DNA of 64,000 nt from Oopsacas minuta (taxonomy: Eukaryota > Animalia > Porifera), in NCBI GenBank assembly GCA_024704765.1, contig JAKMXF010000133.1, forward strand, positions 682,001 through 746,000. The letters run 5' to 3'. Position numbers and translations under genes: made by a program. The stretch's first letter is position 1, and every line of letters begins with the position of its first letter. Shown in pieces: positions 10,191-21,204 of this stretch. Under the pieces are notes generated by a model. The model was not told the origin of the DNA. It saw only the letters and a list, made by a program, of their open reading frames with translations, and ran no database searches.

Positions 10191-11372
10191 TCACATGCTA
10201 TAAGGCCATACTCCAGCTAGCTTGTGTCCGATAGTATCATAAATCTCTTTAACATATTCAGTATCCTCTCTCACAATACCGTTACTAGGAGAAGCCACAA
10301 CTACTGGTACATACAAATTAGATCTCCTATACTCCACTACATGTAGTCCTGTCCTATCAGCCAGCATCTGATGGGTTTCCTGGGCTTCTAACAGTTTAAA
10401 CACACAAGGTATAACTCTAAGAGGATTTCTATTCATCATAACTTTAGATCTCATATCCTTAATGCCCGCCAGCTTACATATTTCCCGAATAGTTCTCCCA
10501 CACCTCAGCCCAAATCCTAGCGGTCTTCTTTCCAGTTTGACGACAGAACGTACTTGCTGTCCCACCATATCATGATATATCGTATGACCATCACACACAG
10601 GTATACTTCTGAGTCTGAGAGCTGCTCTATTCCTAGCATGGTTAACAGCTACAGCAATATTTGTAGCTCCTGCTATTGCCCATCCCGCTAGTCCCTTGCC
10701 ATTACCTACTGCTACCATCACATGTACACCATGGACCTTACCAGCACCAGTCATGTGTGCTACTCTGTTTTCATATAGCACCACGCTACGGAAACCCTCC
10801 AATTCACGACCATCCGGTAAGATAGGGGGACCTGCTGATCTCCCCTCGATAGAATAAGAGGTGAACCCACTCCCCTTTTCTCCCCAGGAGTCCATGCTCG
10901 CTCCTTTGAGCCTCTCCGGTCTGCCTCTACTCGCATCCCTCATTTTCCACAAATGGCTCGACATTTTTGTAACATCATGTTTCTCTACAAACTCCTCAGA
11001 AATTTGTTTAGGTTCTGTGTCAGCCATTCTTTTTAGCCAGTTTGTTGACAGATCTATACGAGGCAGGGCTTGATTCAGACCAGGGATAATGTGAGGTGCT
11101 TTCCTTCCTCTGCCAAGGGTGTAGAAATTCTCTCTCACCTCGTTCACAAGCCTGTTACATCGGGATTTAATCGCCATCGTCTCACCCTTACTCTTAGGAT
11201 ATCTCTTCCCGAAAGTAGCCTTCAATAAGGACAGAGTGTTACGTCTGCTCAGAGGATGTCTCCTCATCACACGGAAGGGAGGGTAGGCAAGAGACCGCTG
11301 TTGTTGTTTGGGGACTGATTGACTCAGTGTAACTGTCATTGTCTTGAACTGTTTGCAGAGATTAGAAAGCAT
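10191..11372 (-). CDS. MRPS5: Mitochondrial ribosomal protein S5 (uS5m); ATG at 11372 preferred over the GTG ORF start at 11447
   Basis: RVAHMTGAGK...VAVGNGKGLAGW, GHTIYHD, GFGLRCGRTIREICKLAGIKDM, MLADRTGLHVVEYR. Confidence 0.88.
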   Translation of the reverse strand: MLSNLCKQFKTMTVTLSQSVPKQQQRSLAYPPFRVMRRHPLSRRNTLSLLKATFGKRYPKSKGETMAIKSRCNRLVNEVRENFYTLGRGRKAPHIIPGLNQALPRIDLSTNWLKRMADTEPKQISEEFVEKHDVTKMSSHLWKMRDASRGRPERLKGASMDSWGEKGSGFTSYSIEGRSAGPPILPDGRELEGFRSVVLYENRVAHMTGAGKVHGVHVMVAVGNGKGLAGWAIAGATNIAVAVNHARNRAALRLRSIPVCDGHTIYHDMVGQQVRSVVKLERRPLGFGLRCGRTIREICKLAGIKDMRSKVMMNRNPLRVIPCVFKLLEAQETHQMLADRTGLHVVEYRRSNLYVPVVVASPSNGIVREDTEYVKEIYDTIGHKLAGVWPYSM

Positions 11373-11533
11373 ATTGATACTAACTCTAATTAATAATATA
11401 ACAAATTTTGAAATAATTGAAGTCTTGAATATAAACTCAAATTCCACAGTTGACTTTATTAATGAATTTATTAATAATATTTAGGATTTAATAATACAAT
11501 TTTATTCAATAATTACAGAAATCTAGCTAAAAA

Positions 11534-13891
11534 TCACGATGAAGTTATTTTCGAGCTTCCAATTTGAATACATATACAACCACACCCTGTAGGACACTCC
11601 CCATTAGTTGAGAACCAATTTCTAACATGGTGGAGATGTCCCCCGTGGTAACACTGGGCACATTTTGAAAAGAGTCCATTCACTAAACAGTTACAAATAT
11701 CACATTTAAACTTACCTCCACCCCAACGTGTAAACTTGTATTCTGTAGGTTTGTCTTGCTGCATACATTTCAATGCTTTACACTCCAAATGGTGTAGATT
11801 CCATCTTGACAGAACTTGTGAATAAATTATCTTATAAAACTCTACTCGTTGATTAATATTTGTATTTCTAATAATCAACTTCGCTTTCTTCTGCATTTTG
11901 ATATTGTACGCTGTCATAAAGCTAGAAATAGTAGCTGCAGCCTGTACATCTCTTATTTTTAGATAATATTCTAGTATTCTAGATACTAGCTCCTCAGCCA
12001 TAAACTGCATGTATAGAGAATAGTTATCTTCTTTAAGGTTAACTAATTGCAATAACAAATGCCACACCTGCACCAAATCATGCCTGTTGTGTGTAGCAGC
12101 TAGTAACCTATTCTTGTAACATGCTTCACTTGGATCACAGTTAAAGAACAGAGTATCTCGAGCTAACCCATAATTCAATCTAGATAGATAGGACAAATCG
12201 AATACTTTAACAGTAGGAGATATATCTTGAGTGTAACGTGTAGCACTTGTAGAACTAGGTTGAGAGAGAGAGTGTGCTAGCTCACGAGGATTCAAACGCG
12301 GAATTAGGTCAGTTTGAGCACGTGTAGTTTTAACAAGAGGATGGACTAGACAGAAACATAGTTTATCATTAGCCCCAAATCTCGCACGCATTAACGGAGG
12401 AGATATTTTTGGCTGTGTGTATAACTCGTTTAAATCCTGATACACACTATTCTCCATGGATAGTTTATGGAAAGATGAGCATAGAGTATCTATACAGTAT
12501 CTTAAACAGAATCTGTTATGAGATACATAGTGAGCAGCTGTTGATGTCAGTGTTTGTATTAGTTCTGATTTAATAGATACTTCGATTAGACCGAGTGATG
12601 TATATATCTCAAAGTTAGGCTCACAAGCTCTAGGATAGAGGGGAGGTAGAGATATCACACATTGTACTATGTTCTTATTATCACTGCTACGCATTTTCAC
12701 AGAGTAGCGACGTTGCCCTATTTGTTGGAAATCAATTCTATCATTCTGGCTGATATACTTTTTGATAAGTTCTACTTCTTCCTGTAAAGATGTAGGTTCA
12801 TAGTGTTCAGTACTCTTGAACTGGTCACTGGCTGCTCCAGTCAGAGTCTGTCGCTTCTTACCCAGAGCTTTTCCTTCCGGATTCTCCATGGATGAGAACG
12901 ACCTTGGATCTACTTGATATAGTGTCATTTCTTTCGATTTTGATATTGTACATAATTTGTATCCATCCTGTTCATGTGTCCACTCCATCCCCACAACCTG
13001 TTCATTCTTACTACCCACAAACCCAGCGTTATCAATCTGCCAGTTACCACTACTACTCTCCCTCAAGCTCCACAAGGTAATGCTAGGACTCTTATGAGTT
13101 ATTATAGTGGAGCAGGTGACCAGACCTCTGCCACAAGGTGTGAATTTAATCCTAGAAACACCATTTTGTCTGTGAGGTTGCTCTGCTAACGGATAAGGTT
13201 CTAACGCATATTGCTCATAATCCCACATCCTGATATATCCGTCTTTACTGGCAGTAGACAGTACTTGTGGTACTTTAGGATGCCAGTCGAAGTTCAATAC
13301 TTTAGCAGGTACATCTAAAAAAGCTAGATACTTGTTACCAAATCTTATATCCCATATAGTGACGATATCTTCATGAGCTAGTGCTATTATTTCTTCTTTC
13401 TCTCTACAGAATTTTATACTGGAGGCTCCTGCTAGTGTTTTTATACGTACACTAGGTTGTGTATTATTTCTAGTGTCCCAAATTAGGACTGATGAGTCGT
13501 AGGAACATGACCCCAGGAGGTTAGGGTCAGAGGACCAATTTATGTCTCTGATAGCTAGAAGGTGTCCTTGTGTGAGACTAAAAGGTTGCGGTACACTGCG
13601 TGCGAAATTCCACAGTTCTAACTTCTGATTAGCTCCAACAGCAAGCAGTTCTTCTGTGTCTGCGTGTATGCCCCACTGTATAGGGCAGTCATTAGCTTTC
13701 TTATCTTGCGTAGAGGGTAGTTTCAGGTCAATCTGCTGTCTCTGTGTAGGCTCGCTAGACTGTAAACCAAAGCTATGTATCATATATTTATTACTGTTAC
13801 TAAGTAGTCCCACTGATGCGTAGTTACCTGCTGAATTGACGGACAGGCTAAGGAGCTCTTTCTCCTGAGTGAATTTCCACACAAAAAGCAT
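11534..13891 (-). CDS. WDR59: GATOR2 subunit WDR59 (Sea3), intronless
   Basis: N-terminal WD40 repeats (GHLLAIRDINWS, SCSYDSSVLIWDTR), RWD-like segment (ISLPPLYP), C-terminal RING-like CDICNCLVNGLFSKCAQCYHGGHLHHVRNWF...CPTGCGCIC. Confidence 0.85.
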   Translation of the reverse strand: MLFVWKFTQEKELLSLSVNSAGNYASVGLLSNSNKYMIHSFGLQSSEPTQRQQIDLKLPSTQDKKANDCPIQWGIHADTEELLAVGANQKLELWNFARSVPQPFSLTQGHLLAIRDINWSSDPNLLGSCSYDSSVLIWDTRNNTQPSVRIKTLAGASSIKFCREKEEIIALAHEDIVTIWDIRFGNKYLAFLDVPAKVLNFDWHPKVPQVLSTASKDGYIRMWDYEQYALEPYPLAEQPHRQNGVSRIKFTPCGRGLVTCSTIITHKSPSITLWSLRESSSGNWQIDNAGFVGSKNEQVVGMEWTHEQDGYKLCTISKSKEMTLYQVDPRSFSSMENPEGKALGKKRQTLTGAASDQFKSTEHYEPTSLQEEVELIKKYISQNDRIDFQQIGQRRYSVKMRSSDNKNIVQCVISLPPLYPRACEPNFEIYTSLGLIEVSIKSELIQTLTSTAAHYVSHNRFCLRYCIDTLCSSFHKLSMENSVYQDLNELYTQPKISPPLMRARFGANDKLCFCLVHPLVKTTRAQTDLIPRLNPRELAHSLSQPSSTSATRYTQDISPTVKVFDLSYLSRLNYGLARDTLFFNCDPSEACYKNRLLAATHNRHDLVQVWHLLLQLVNLKEDNYSLYMQFMAEELVSRILEYYLKIRDVQAAATISSFMTAYNIKMQKKAKLIIRNTNINQRVEFYKIIYSQVLSRWNLHHLECKALKCMQQDKPTEYKFTRWGGGKFKCDICNCLVNGLFSKCAQCYHGGHLHHVRNWFSTNGECPTGCGCICIQIGSSKITSS

Positions 13892-14752
13892 TTAGTCTAA
13901 TTGAATATAAAATACATAATAGCATGGCTGTGTATTTCCAATTACACCCCTTTCACCCACCTCACTTTGGAAATTTCTATTATTATAGATTGGCTTGTAT
14001 TTCTAGGTTAGCAGCTTCTGCATTGGTTATGACTTATATGCAAAATCCTCACCCAATGACATGGTCATAGAAGATAGGAGTGGTATTTGGACCTGGAAAT
14101 AATTCAGGTCAATTTATTAGGAAGTTGTTCTTATATCTTCAATTCTCATTACTTATTTATATACTGTATATTATTTTGGGGTAAGAAATATGTTAGTCAC
14201 ACCCACATCTAATTTACACCTGCGTCGCGAATTATATCATTGTGTCATTCTTACAAGGGCAGGTCATAGACAAGGCCGAAATGCTGCTTGAGGTGTAGGC
14301 TTTCTATCTTCACTCTCAAAGTTGTCTACTGGTATGTCTCGTCATAAGTGCTGTTGTATAGTGTAACAGAGAGCCAGCTGGTGTCCCTGTGAGACAGTAA
14401 ATTTTTGTGGCCCCCTGAATTATGAGTGAAGCCCGAAGGCCCGAAACCCAAGATAGAGATTTTATCTTTCGTTGTTATTCGTATTTGCGAATTTTATATG
14501 TAAATGTGTATAATGTTGGACCCTATGTTATTTTTTGGTGCAGCTCCTATAAAAGCGCAGATCTGCGATAAATTTATCTGCCAAATTCAAATAAGTTGGG
14601 GGAAGATTTGTAACTGGGATCTGGAATTTAAAGATAATATAAAGAGTTATCACAAACCGTCGACCATCACTTGTTAGTAATTTCAATATCTGAGCACAGA
14701 ACACATGAAAATTGTAATCTTACTTATTTCATTTCAAATACATTTAGTAAAT

Positions 14753-16717
14753 ATGCCTAACAAAATCCGTAGAAAAATAATACGAAAACAAGTCAGGAAA
14801 CAAAAGAAACAATTAAAACACGGAAAATATTTGGAGAAGGCGAAACCTCGGAAAAAACAAGCACCCCGTCCTGAAGTCAAGAAGATCAGGAATACTATAA
14901 ATACAGGTAAACTTGTAACTCAAGAGGATAGTGAAATTATTCAACTGGAAAAGAAGCTGAATTTATCTAATAAGAAATCTCTACCAGATAGTTTCTATGA
15001 TGAAGGATTAGGATTTATCTTAGATTACAAAACTGATGTGAGCAGAGAGGACTTGTGTAGTGAATCTAGTGACGTATCAGTCTCAGAAGATTATTGTAGT
15101 AGCTTCAGTGAAGTAGAATCAGAAGTTAGTTTGGAAACTCCACAACATATCGTGAAGGAAAAACCAACGAAGCAAACTCCAAATAAGAATCAATCAAATA
15201 TCACAGAAGAAATTGAATTTTCTCCCATGCCCGTACAAGATCCAATGATCAACACTACTATCACAAGACGAGTAACCGGCCTAATTAATCGCCTCAGTAA
15301 ATCCAATATAAACTATACAGCAGGTCAGGTGTTACAGCTATATCAAGATAATAGTGCTCATGATATGAATGAGTGTATCAGCTGTGTGTTAACTAGAGCT
15401 TGTCTACAAGATGTTATAGTACCCGAGAGATTAGCTATTGAGTGTATGTTACTGCTGGCTATCGCACAGGGGAAGATTATCACTGCTAATCAATTGGGAT
15501 CTTATTTTATTGTCACATCTATCAAACAATTCGACACAAATTATAATGACACTACTGAGCTGAGTTTCTCATCAAAACTTTGTCATAATATAGCACGTTG
15601 TTTGAGCTATTTATACAGTTTTAAAGTGTTAACTAGTGTCCTAATCTATGACGTAATCAGAAAACTAGTTACTGATTGCTCAACCTTGGATGTAGAACTT
15701 CTTCTGATTATCCTTAAGACGGTAGGACTAGATATTAGAAAGGAAGATCCCCAGTCTATGAAGGATATTATCCTTGAGATTCAGGGGAAACGCAAACAGA
15801 TGGAAGAACGAATTGATGACAGTAGAGTTGTGTGGATGCTGGATACTATTAACGCGATTAAAACTAATAATCACAGGAAGATACCAAACTATGATCCTGG
15901 TAAACTAGAGGAATATAACAAGATATTGAAAGCAGCGAATACTACAGATGTAAGCCCGTTTAATATGCAATATGATGACGTAATTAAAGTTGATGAACAC
16001 GCCATGTCTAGGCTATTAGGTATAGTTGGTAGAGATAATAATATCGAATCTAAAAATGGAATAAATTCCAAAGAGATGGTAGTATTCACGAAGCTTATGC
16101 AACAGCAGAGAATGAATACAGATATTCGAAGGAAGATATTCACAGTTCTAATGACAAGTAGTGATTATATTGAGGCTATTAATAATCTTGTAAAGTTGGA
16201 TATTACCAAAATTCAGAGACGAGAAATTCCTAAAATTATCGTAGAATGCTGTATTCAGGAAAACCCATTCAACCTCTACTATGCATACCTTAGCCAACGA
16301 TTATGTAATTCTGGGAGAGAAAACCAGATAACTTTCCAATACACTTTATGGGACAAAATTAAGAATCTCAGTGAAATGACTCACGTTCAAACTACAAACT
16401 TTATAAAACTCATCATACGTCTGGTTCAAGCAAAATCTTTATCAATAAGTATTCTCAAAGTTATTAGCTTCAATGAAATTGATAAAGTTACAACTAAATT
16501 TCTCAAGAAAGTTTTATCTGCCATTATATTCGAGTTATCAGAGGACAGTATAGTAAGTATATTCCAGGGCCTCAAGGGGAAGGATCATTTACAAAACTTC
16601 CGTTACAGTCTATCTCTATTTGTCAAGCATTTGATGAAGAGTGAAGACCCTGTCAGAATCAGGCGAGTTTCTATCATGCAGAATGCTATGGGCATGTCAT
16701 ATCTTATTAAAAATTAA
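14753..16717 (+). CDS. NOM1: Nucleolar MIF4G domain-containing protein 1 (Sgd1); start placed at ATG 14753 (alternative 14705)
   Basis: Basic N-terminus; RVTGLINRLSKSN (MIF4G); DVELLLIILKTVGLDIRKEDP; RMNTDIRRKIFTVLMTSSDY, CCIQENPFNLYYAYL and FQYTLWD (MA3). Confidence 0.9.
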   Translation: MPNKIRRKIIRKQVRKQKKQLKHGKYLEKAKPRKKQAPRPEVKKIRNTINTGKLVTQEDSEIIQLEKKLNLSNKKSLPDSFYDEGLGFILDYKTDVSREDLCSESSDVSVSEDYCSSFSEVESEVSLETPQHIVKEKPTKQTPNKNQSNITEEIEFSPMPVQDPMINTTITRRVTGLINRLSKSNINYTAGQVLQLYQDNSAHDMNECISCVLTRACLQDVIVPERLAIECMLLLAIAQGKIITANQLGSYFIVTSIKQFDTNYNDTTELSFSSKLCHNIARCLSYLYSFKVLTSVLIYDVIRKLVTDCSTLDVELLLIILKTVGLDIRKEDPQSMKDIILEIQGKRKQMEERIDDSRVVWMLDTINAIKTNNHRKIPNYDPGKLEEYNKILKAANTTDVSPFNMQYDDVIKVDEHAMSRLLGIVGRDNNIESKNGINSKEMVVFTKLMQQQRMNTDIRRKIFTVLMTSSDYIEAINNLVKLDITKIQRREIPKIIVECCIQENPFNLYYAYLSQRLCNSGRENQITFQYTLWDKIKNLSEMTHVQTTNFIKLIIRLVQAKSLSISILKVISFNEIDKVTTKFLKKVLSAIIFELSEDSIVSIFQGLKGKDHLQNFRYSLSLFVKHLMKSEDPVRIRRVSIMQNAMGMSYLIKN

Positions 16718-16822
16718 CTGTTTTCTTTATTTCATTCTTCTTAAACCAGACGATACTAGTTTACATATATTTTCTGTACGATAGATAAGGAATTTTAGCA
16801 TTATATTGTTGTTACTCGTGTG

Positions 16823-17407
16823 ATGGCGGAATCAATGCCTAAAGAACATTGGATGTGGAAAGCATTGGAGTTAGCTAAGCAGGGTCTTGATGAAGGAGAA
16901 GTGCCAGTTGGGTGTGTTCTCGTTAAAGACGATAAAATATTAGTTTCTGCACATAATGAAGTGGGTATGACAAAAGATCCCACCAGACATGCTGAGCTAG
17001 TAGCTCTTGACTTGTTACGAGCTAACCTTGACAAAGCTTGTAAATTCAGAGAATTGTTAAGCACCTGTACACTGTATGTAACACTAGAACCTTGTGTTAT
17101 GTGTAGTGCTGCTCTTCGTATGATGGGAGTACGAAAAGTAGTGTATGGGTTTAGTAATACACGATTTGGAGGTTGTGGTTCTGTCTTGGATGTACATTCT
17201 AAACAATTTCAATACAGCTATTCCAGTGACGAACAACATAAACCAAACTTAACTGTAAGCAGAGAGTTAGAAGTTGTTAGTGGTTTGTTAGGGAAAGAAG
17301 CACTTGGATTGCTACAACAGTTTTATGCTCAGCAAAACCCTAACGCTCCAAATCCAGCCAAAAGAGTAAGACTAACTTGTAACGAACTTTTCAATGAGAA
17401 ACTCTAA
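16823..17407 (+). CDS. ADAT2: tRNA-specific adenosine deaminase 2 (Tad2)
   Basis: GEVPVGCV, HNEV...DPTRHAE, LYVTLEPCVMC, NTRFGGCGSVLDV, FYAQQNPNAP. Confidence 0.9.
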   Translation: MAESMPKEHWMWKALELAKQGLDEGEVPVGCVLVKDDKILVSAHNEVGMTKDPTRHAELVALDLLRANLDKACKFRELLSTCTLYVTLEPCVMCSAALRMMGVRKVVYGFSNTRFGGCGSVLDVHSKQFQYSYSSDEQHKPNLTVSRELEVVSGLLGKEALGLLQQFYAQQNPNAPNPAKRVRLTCNELFNEKL

Positions 17408-17853
17408 ATTTCTATTTCATATGGGCTTCTCTATTGACCTAACGTTGCGTAGGAATTGTACAACTTTGTAACATTATAACACCATGAAATGAAGCCATAT
17501 CACATACCATATGGTGATGTGTGTAACTATAGTAATAATTTGCGGTATTTTCATTGACGAGGAGGCCAGCAGCGTTCACGATTGCACAATGTTATTCGAT
17601 CCTTCACTACAAATATAGTATGCACATGAATTAGTCCAGTATAATAATGCACTATTGTATTAGCAGATAATAAAGTAGTGATTTCACCTGTTTATTGGGG
17701 GCTTATTATATCTAAAATTGATTCTAGAAATTTTCATACCAATTTCCGTAACGTTTTATAGACAACCGTAAACGGGTGTATCTTACCAGATATAAGCAAT
17801 TTTTGTCAGTTAGTAACGAGCTAGTTTATATACACGTACACGTTTGTTTGACA

Positions 17854-18171
17854 ATGGCAGCAGAAAATAAGCAAGACCCGGCTAACAGTGAAATGAAATC
17901 TGAACCATCATCTGAAGATTCACATCTCAACTTGAAAGTGATGGCACAAGATGGTTCTGTGGTCCAGTTTAAAATAAAGAGACGTACACCTTTGAAGAAA
18001 CTTATGACTGCTTACTGTGATCGAATGGGGAAGCAACTCAATTCGTTACGTTTCGTATTCGATGGAAACAGAATCAATGAGGACGATAATCCTTCCACTC
18101 TCGAAATGACAGATGATGATCAAATTGAGGTTTTCCAAGACCAGATTGGAGGAGGGCTAATTGAAATCTGA
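17854..18171 (+). CDS. SUMO: Small ubiquitin-like modifier (SUMO) precursor
   Basis: [34 protein letters not shown]...[33 protein letters not shown] plus a 5-aa C-terminal extension. Confidence 0.95.
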   Translation: MAAENKQDPANSEMKSEPSSEDSHLNLKVMAQDGSVVQFKIKRRTPLKKLMTAYCDRMGKQLNSLRFVFDGNRINEDDNPSTLEMTDDDQIEVFQDQIGGGLIEI

Positions 18172-18478
18172 GAGGAGAGAGGATTAGAACAAACATGACC
18201 TAAAACTCTAGCTCAGAACTGTACTACTTTCCATTGAGCAGTCATATTTTAATTACTATTGACTTAATTACAATTATCTAATGTTATAAGGTTAATTATC
18301 TTGATTGATTGCATACACTTTCACAGCTATAATTTAATTGTTCATGGTTGACTATGGTATTCCCTATTTTCACGGAACGGACCATTTGATACTCTGCGGG
18401 CTACGTACAAGTTTTGCCACAAATTTACTTTGATGATCACAGAATATTGTAGGTTGTCAAGCATAATTATATCATTTC

Positions 18479-18591
18479 CAGGGTTGCCGTGGGAAATGGG
18501 AATTATTTTCTTTCTATGGCAAAGCCAATGGGAATTCCCACGGAAAACCTGTGGGAATGAGAATTTAAATTCCATTCCCACGGCAACCCTG
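18479..18591. mobile_element. hAT-type MITE, 113 bp
   Basis: Terminal inverted repeats CAGGGTTGCCGTGGGAA(A)TGG / CCATTCCCACGGCAACCCTG; flanks ATCATTTC and AACATTCC resemble a decayed 8-bp target site duplication (6/8). Confidence 0.7.
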
Positions 18592-19335
18592 AACATTCCA
18601 TCCATGTCGAGGATAATCAATTTATCAAATTTGTAACCATTTTACAACATTCATTCCCTCTAGAACTTTCCCTCTATCAATTTTTGATCTCCTTTGTGGC
18701 TAGAGGGAGGTAGTATCCAGCCGAAGGACCTTAGAATATTCACGTACTAGACGTGATAAGTCAAGACAAATGCTTGACAACCGTCGTTCAAGAATATTCT
18801 GTGAATTTAAGGACAGATATTAATAAACGAATTTGAATTTTCCTCAAGTATTTTTGTCCGTTCCATGAGTATTAAATGGACGGTTTCGTTCCATTTCGTT
18901 CCATAGAATGGAGAAGCCCTTCGAGTAGTTTTGTTAACTAAAATATTCTAGTAATTATGGCATTGCAACCGGAATCTTTGTCTCTGTACATTTACCCCAT
19001 AGACAATTTTTTGATATATTAGTTAATTAGATGACTGTTAATGACTGGGGAGATATGACCATGTTATATGCATTGTACTGCATCCCTGAACGGTCATTAT
19101 CGTTAAGGAGATTTGTTTTCATTCGCTATGTGAATCTGTAATCTATCTCTTTTATTTTATTTCATTATGATATCAGGAATCTGGGATCTGGCATACCTGG
19201 GGCAAATACCCCGTTCCCCTAGGACACCCACTTTCAGGGATATATTTAGGGTAAAATAATCTGTTTATTTTTGCAAATACGTTTATTTTACTTTTGATTT
19301 CCAAACCTTCAATTTGTAAAGAATAGTTCTACATA

Positions 19336-20568
19336 ATGGCGAGTGTAGGTAAAGATAACGACGAGTTCCTAACACAAATTGAATCTACTCGGACCGAGCT
19401 GAGAGATAAATTCTCTAAGGTTTATAATCTCCTAAAAGAGAAAGAAGAAGGTCTCTTAATTCAGTTGAAAGAAATTGAGGATTCGTACTTAAGAGAAAAT
19501 AAGAGATTAAGTGATGAGAAAAAAGAACTCTTAGGTACGAAAGAACATCTACAAACCAACATAAGAAGAAATAGGAATCAAACCACACTACAGGAAATGC
19601 TATCTCCTCTTGAAGATAAGCTGAGAAAACTAGAAAATGAAAGAGATGATGATATGCAACGAATAGAATTGATCTGGGAGAGGGAAGGAGAACTAGAATC
19701 AATTTTAGAAGTACTCTGCTCTATTAGACTATCTAAAGTGATGGATTATAACAAAAGCACACCTGTACTCTTTGGTTGTAAATACAGGCAAAATTCAGTT
19801 GAACCAGGCGAATTCAATTATCCTACCGCTGTAAAAATACACCCAAGAACGAATAACATGTACGTATGCGATGAAGCTAGAAGTCGTATACAAGTGTTCA
19901 ATATGCATTGTGAATTCTTATTCTCGTTTTCGGAGAATATGAACTTTCCCGCTGGTATTTGTTTTTACAATGACAAAGTCTACGTAACTCAGTTTTTAGG
20001 TCACAAAATCAATGTTTATTCTGTTAAATCTAACTTTATTACATCAGTAGGAAGATGGGGAAATAAAGAATCACAGTTTGATTCTCCTTTAGGAATTGAT
20101 ATTTCTGAAAGTAGAAAGAAGCTTTATATTTGCGATAGAAATAATAACAGAGTCCAGATTTTGAATACTGATCTTTCTTTTAACGCATTTATCACGGGAT
20201 TTAGGTGGCCAATTGATCTTAGAGTTGTGAAAGAAGAAATCTTTATTCTAGACAGGAGGAACCCCTGTCTCCATGTTTATGATCATGAACGTAAATTAAT
20301 TAGAGAGTTTATTTCTTTCGGTTATTTTTCGTATCAGGTATCTAATACATCACACCTCTGTATCGACTTCCGTTCAAATATTCTCATGACTGATCGTACA
20401 GCTTGTTGTGTTCTGGTATTTTCTAGAGATGGTAAACTGGTTCAGAAATTCGGGAACAAAGGTGATAATGCTGGTGAATTTCAGTCTCCAAGAGGAATTG
20501 CTATTGATTCGGAGGGGAGGATTGTTGTAGTGTCTTCCAATCCAAATCATTGTATTCAATTCTTCTAG
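19336..20568 (+). CDS. Coiled-coil plus NHL-repeat beta-propeller protein (TRIM-NHL-like, no RING or B-box)
   Basis: N-terminal heptad Glu/Lys/Leu helix, then NHL blades: GEFNYPTAV, FPAGICF, QFDSPLGIDI...YICDRNNNRVQI, GEFQSPRGIAIDSEGRIVV. Confidence 0.9.
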   Translation: MASVGKDNDEFLTQIESTRTELRDKFSKVYNLLKEKEEGLLIQLKEIEDSYLRENKRLSDEKKELLGTKEHLQTNIRRNRNQTTLQEMLSPLEDKLRKLENERDDDMQRIELIWEREGELESILEVLCSIRLSKVMDYNKSTPVLFGCKYRQNSVEPGEFNYPTAVKIHPRTNNMYVCDEARSRIQVFNMHCEFLFSFSENMNFPAGICFYNDKVYVTQFLGHKINVYSVKSNFITSVGRWGNKESQFDSPLGIDISESRKKLYICDRNNNRVQILNTDLSFNAFITGFRWPIDLRVVKEEIFILDRRNPCLHVYDHERKLIREFISFGYFSYQVSNTSHLCIDFRSNILMTDRTACCVLVFSRDGKLVQKFGNKGDNAGEFQSPRGIAIDSEGRIVVVSSNPNHCIQFF

Positions 20569-20824
20569 CTTTTCAAATGTTTGCAACAGGTACCTTATGG
20601 ATTTATTCGAATTTATATATTTTATATAATTAGAAACTAGGTTTTCAGTGTAAATTTACTTTCTACTGTGTATACTATTTAATAGAGTAAAACCCGTTAA
20701 TGCGAATTTCCTAATAAGACGTACAAATAATTGTACACAATAATTCACTACAGTGGAAATCCTATTTGTGTTACTCCGGATGACTCATTCTACATTAGAG
20801 TGTTATTTTCAAGGAGCTGGAGCA

Positions 20825-20984
20825 TATTCGATATATTTAGTGAAGTTTTATTGAATTCTATTTACTTCCTTGATAAACACGATAAATACATAGTTAGACG
20901 ACAATTTCAACTTTGCATACCGTACATCCTTTCCTTGACAACGGACAAACAAACAGACAAATAATTGAGAATTAGTAATATAGA
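20825..20984 (-). repeat. Interspersed Helitron-like non-autonomous repeat, 5' part
   Basis: Shares GATATATTTAGTGAAGTTTTATTGAATT...CCTTGACAACGGACAAACAAAC...AATTGAG with copies near 23870-24052 and 56670-56851; the minus strand begins A|TC. Confidence 0.65.
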
Positions 20985-21204
20985 TTATTACAGTTATAAT
21001 GTTTCACCTACGCATCTACGAAAATTGTATTTCAAAAAAAGTATGTTTACCCTCTCGCATTAAGTTTATACGTATTTAGTTATTTGCATGTACTAATGCA
21101 CACATAGTTTATATGTATACTTGAGAATAATTATTTAACATACTTGGATAGTTATTATTTTAATTGGAAAACACTTTAATTGATAAATAATAAACGTGAA
21201 TAAT

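Noticed and set aside
18105-18171. SUMO C-terminus QIGG rather than QTGG
   Set aside because: The di-glycine is intact and the preceding residue varies among SUMOs; not evidence of a new modifier.
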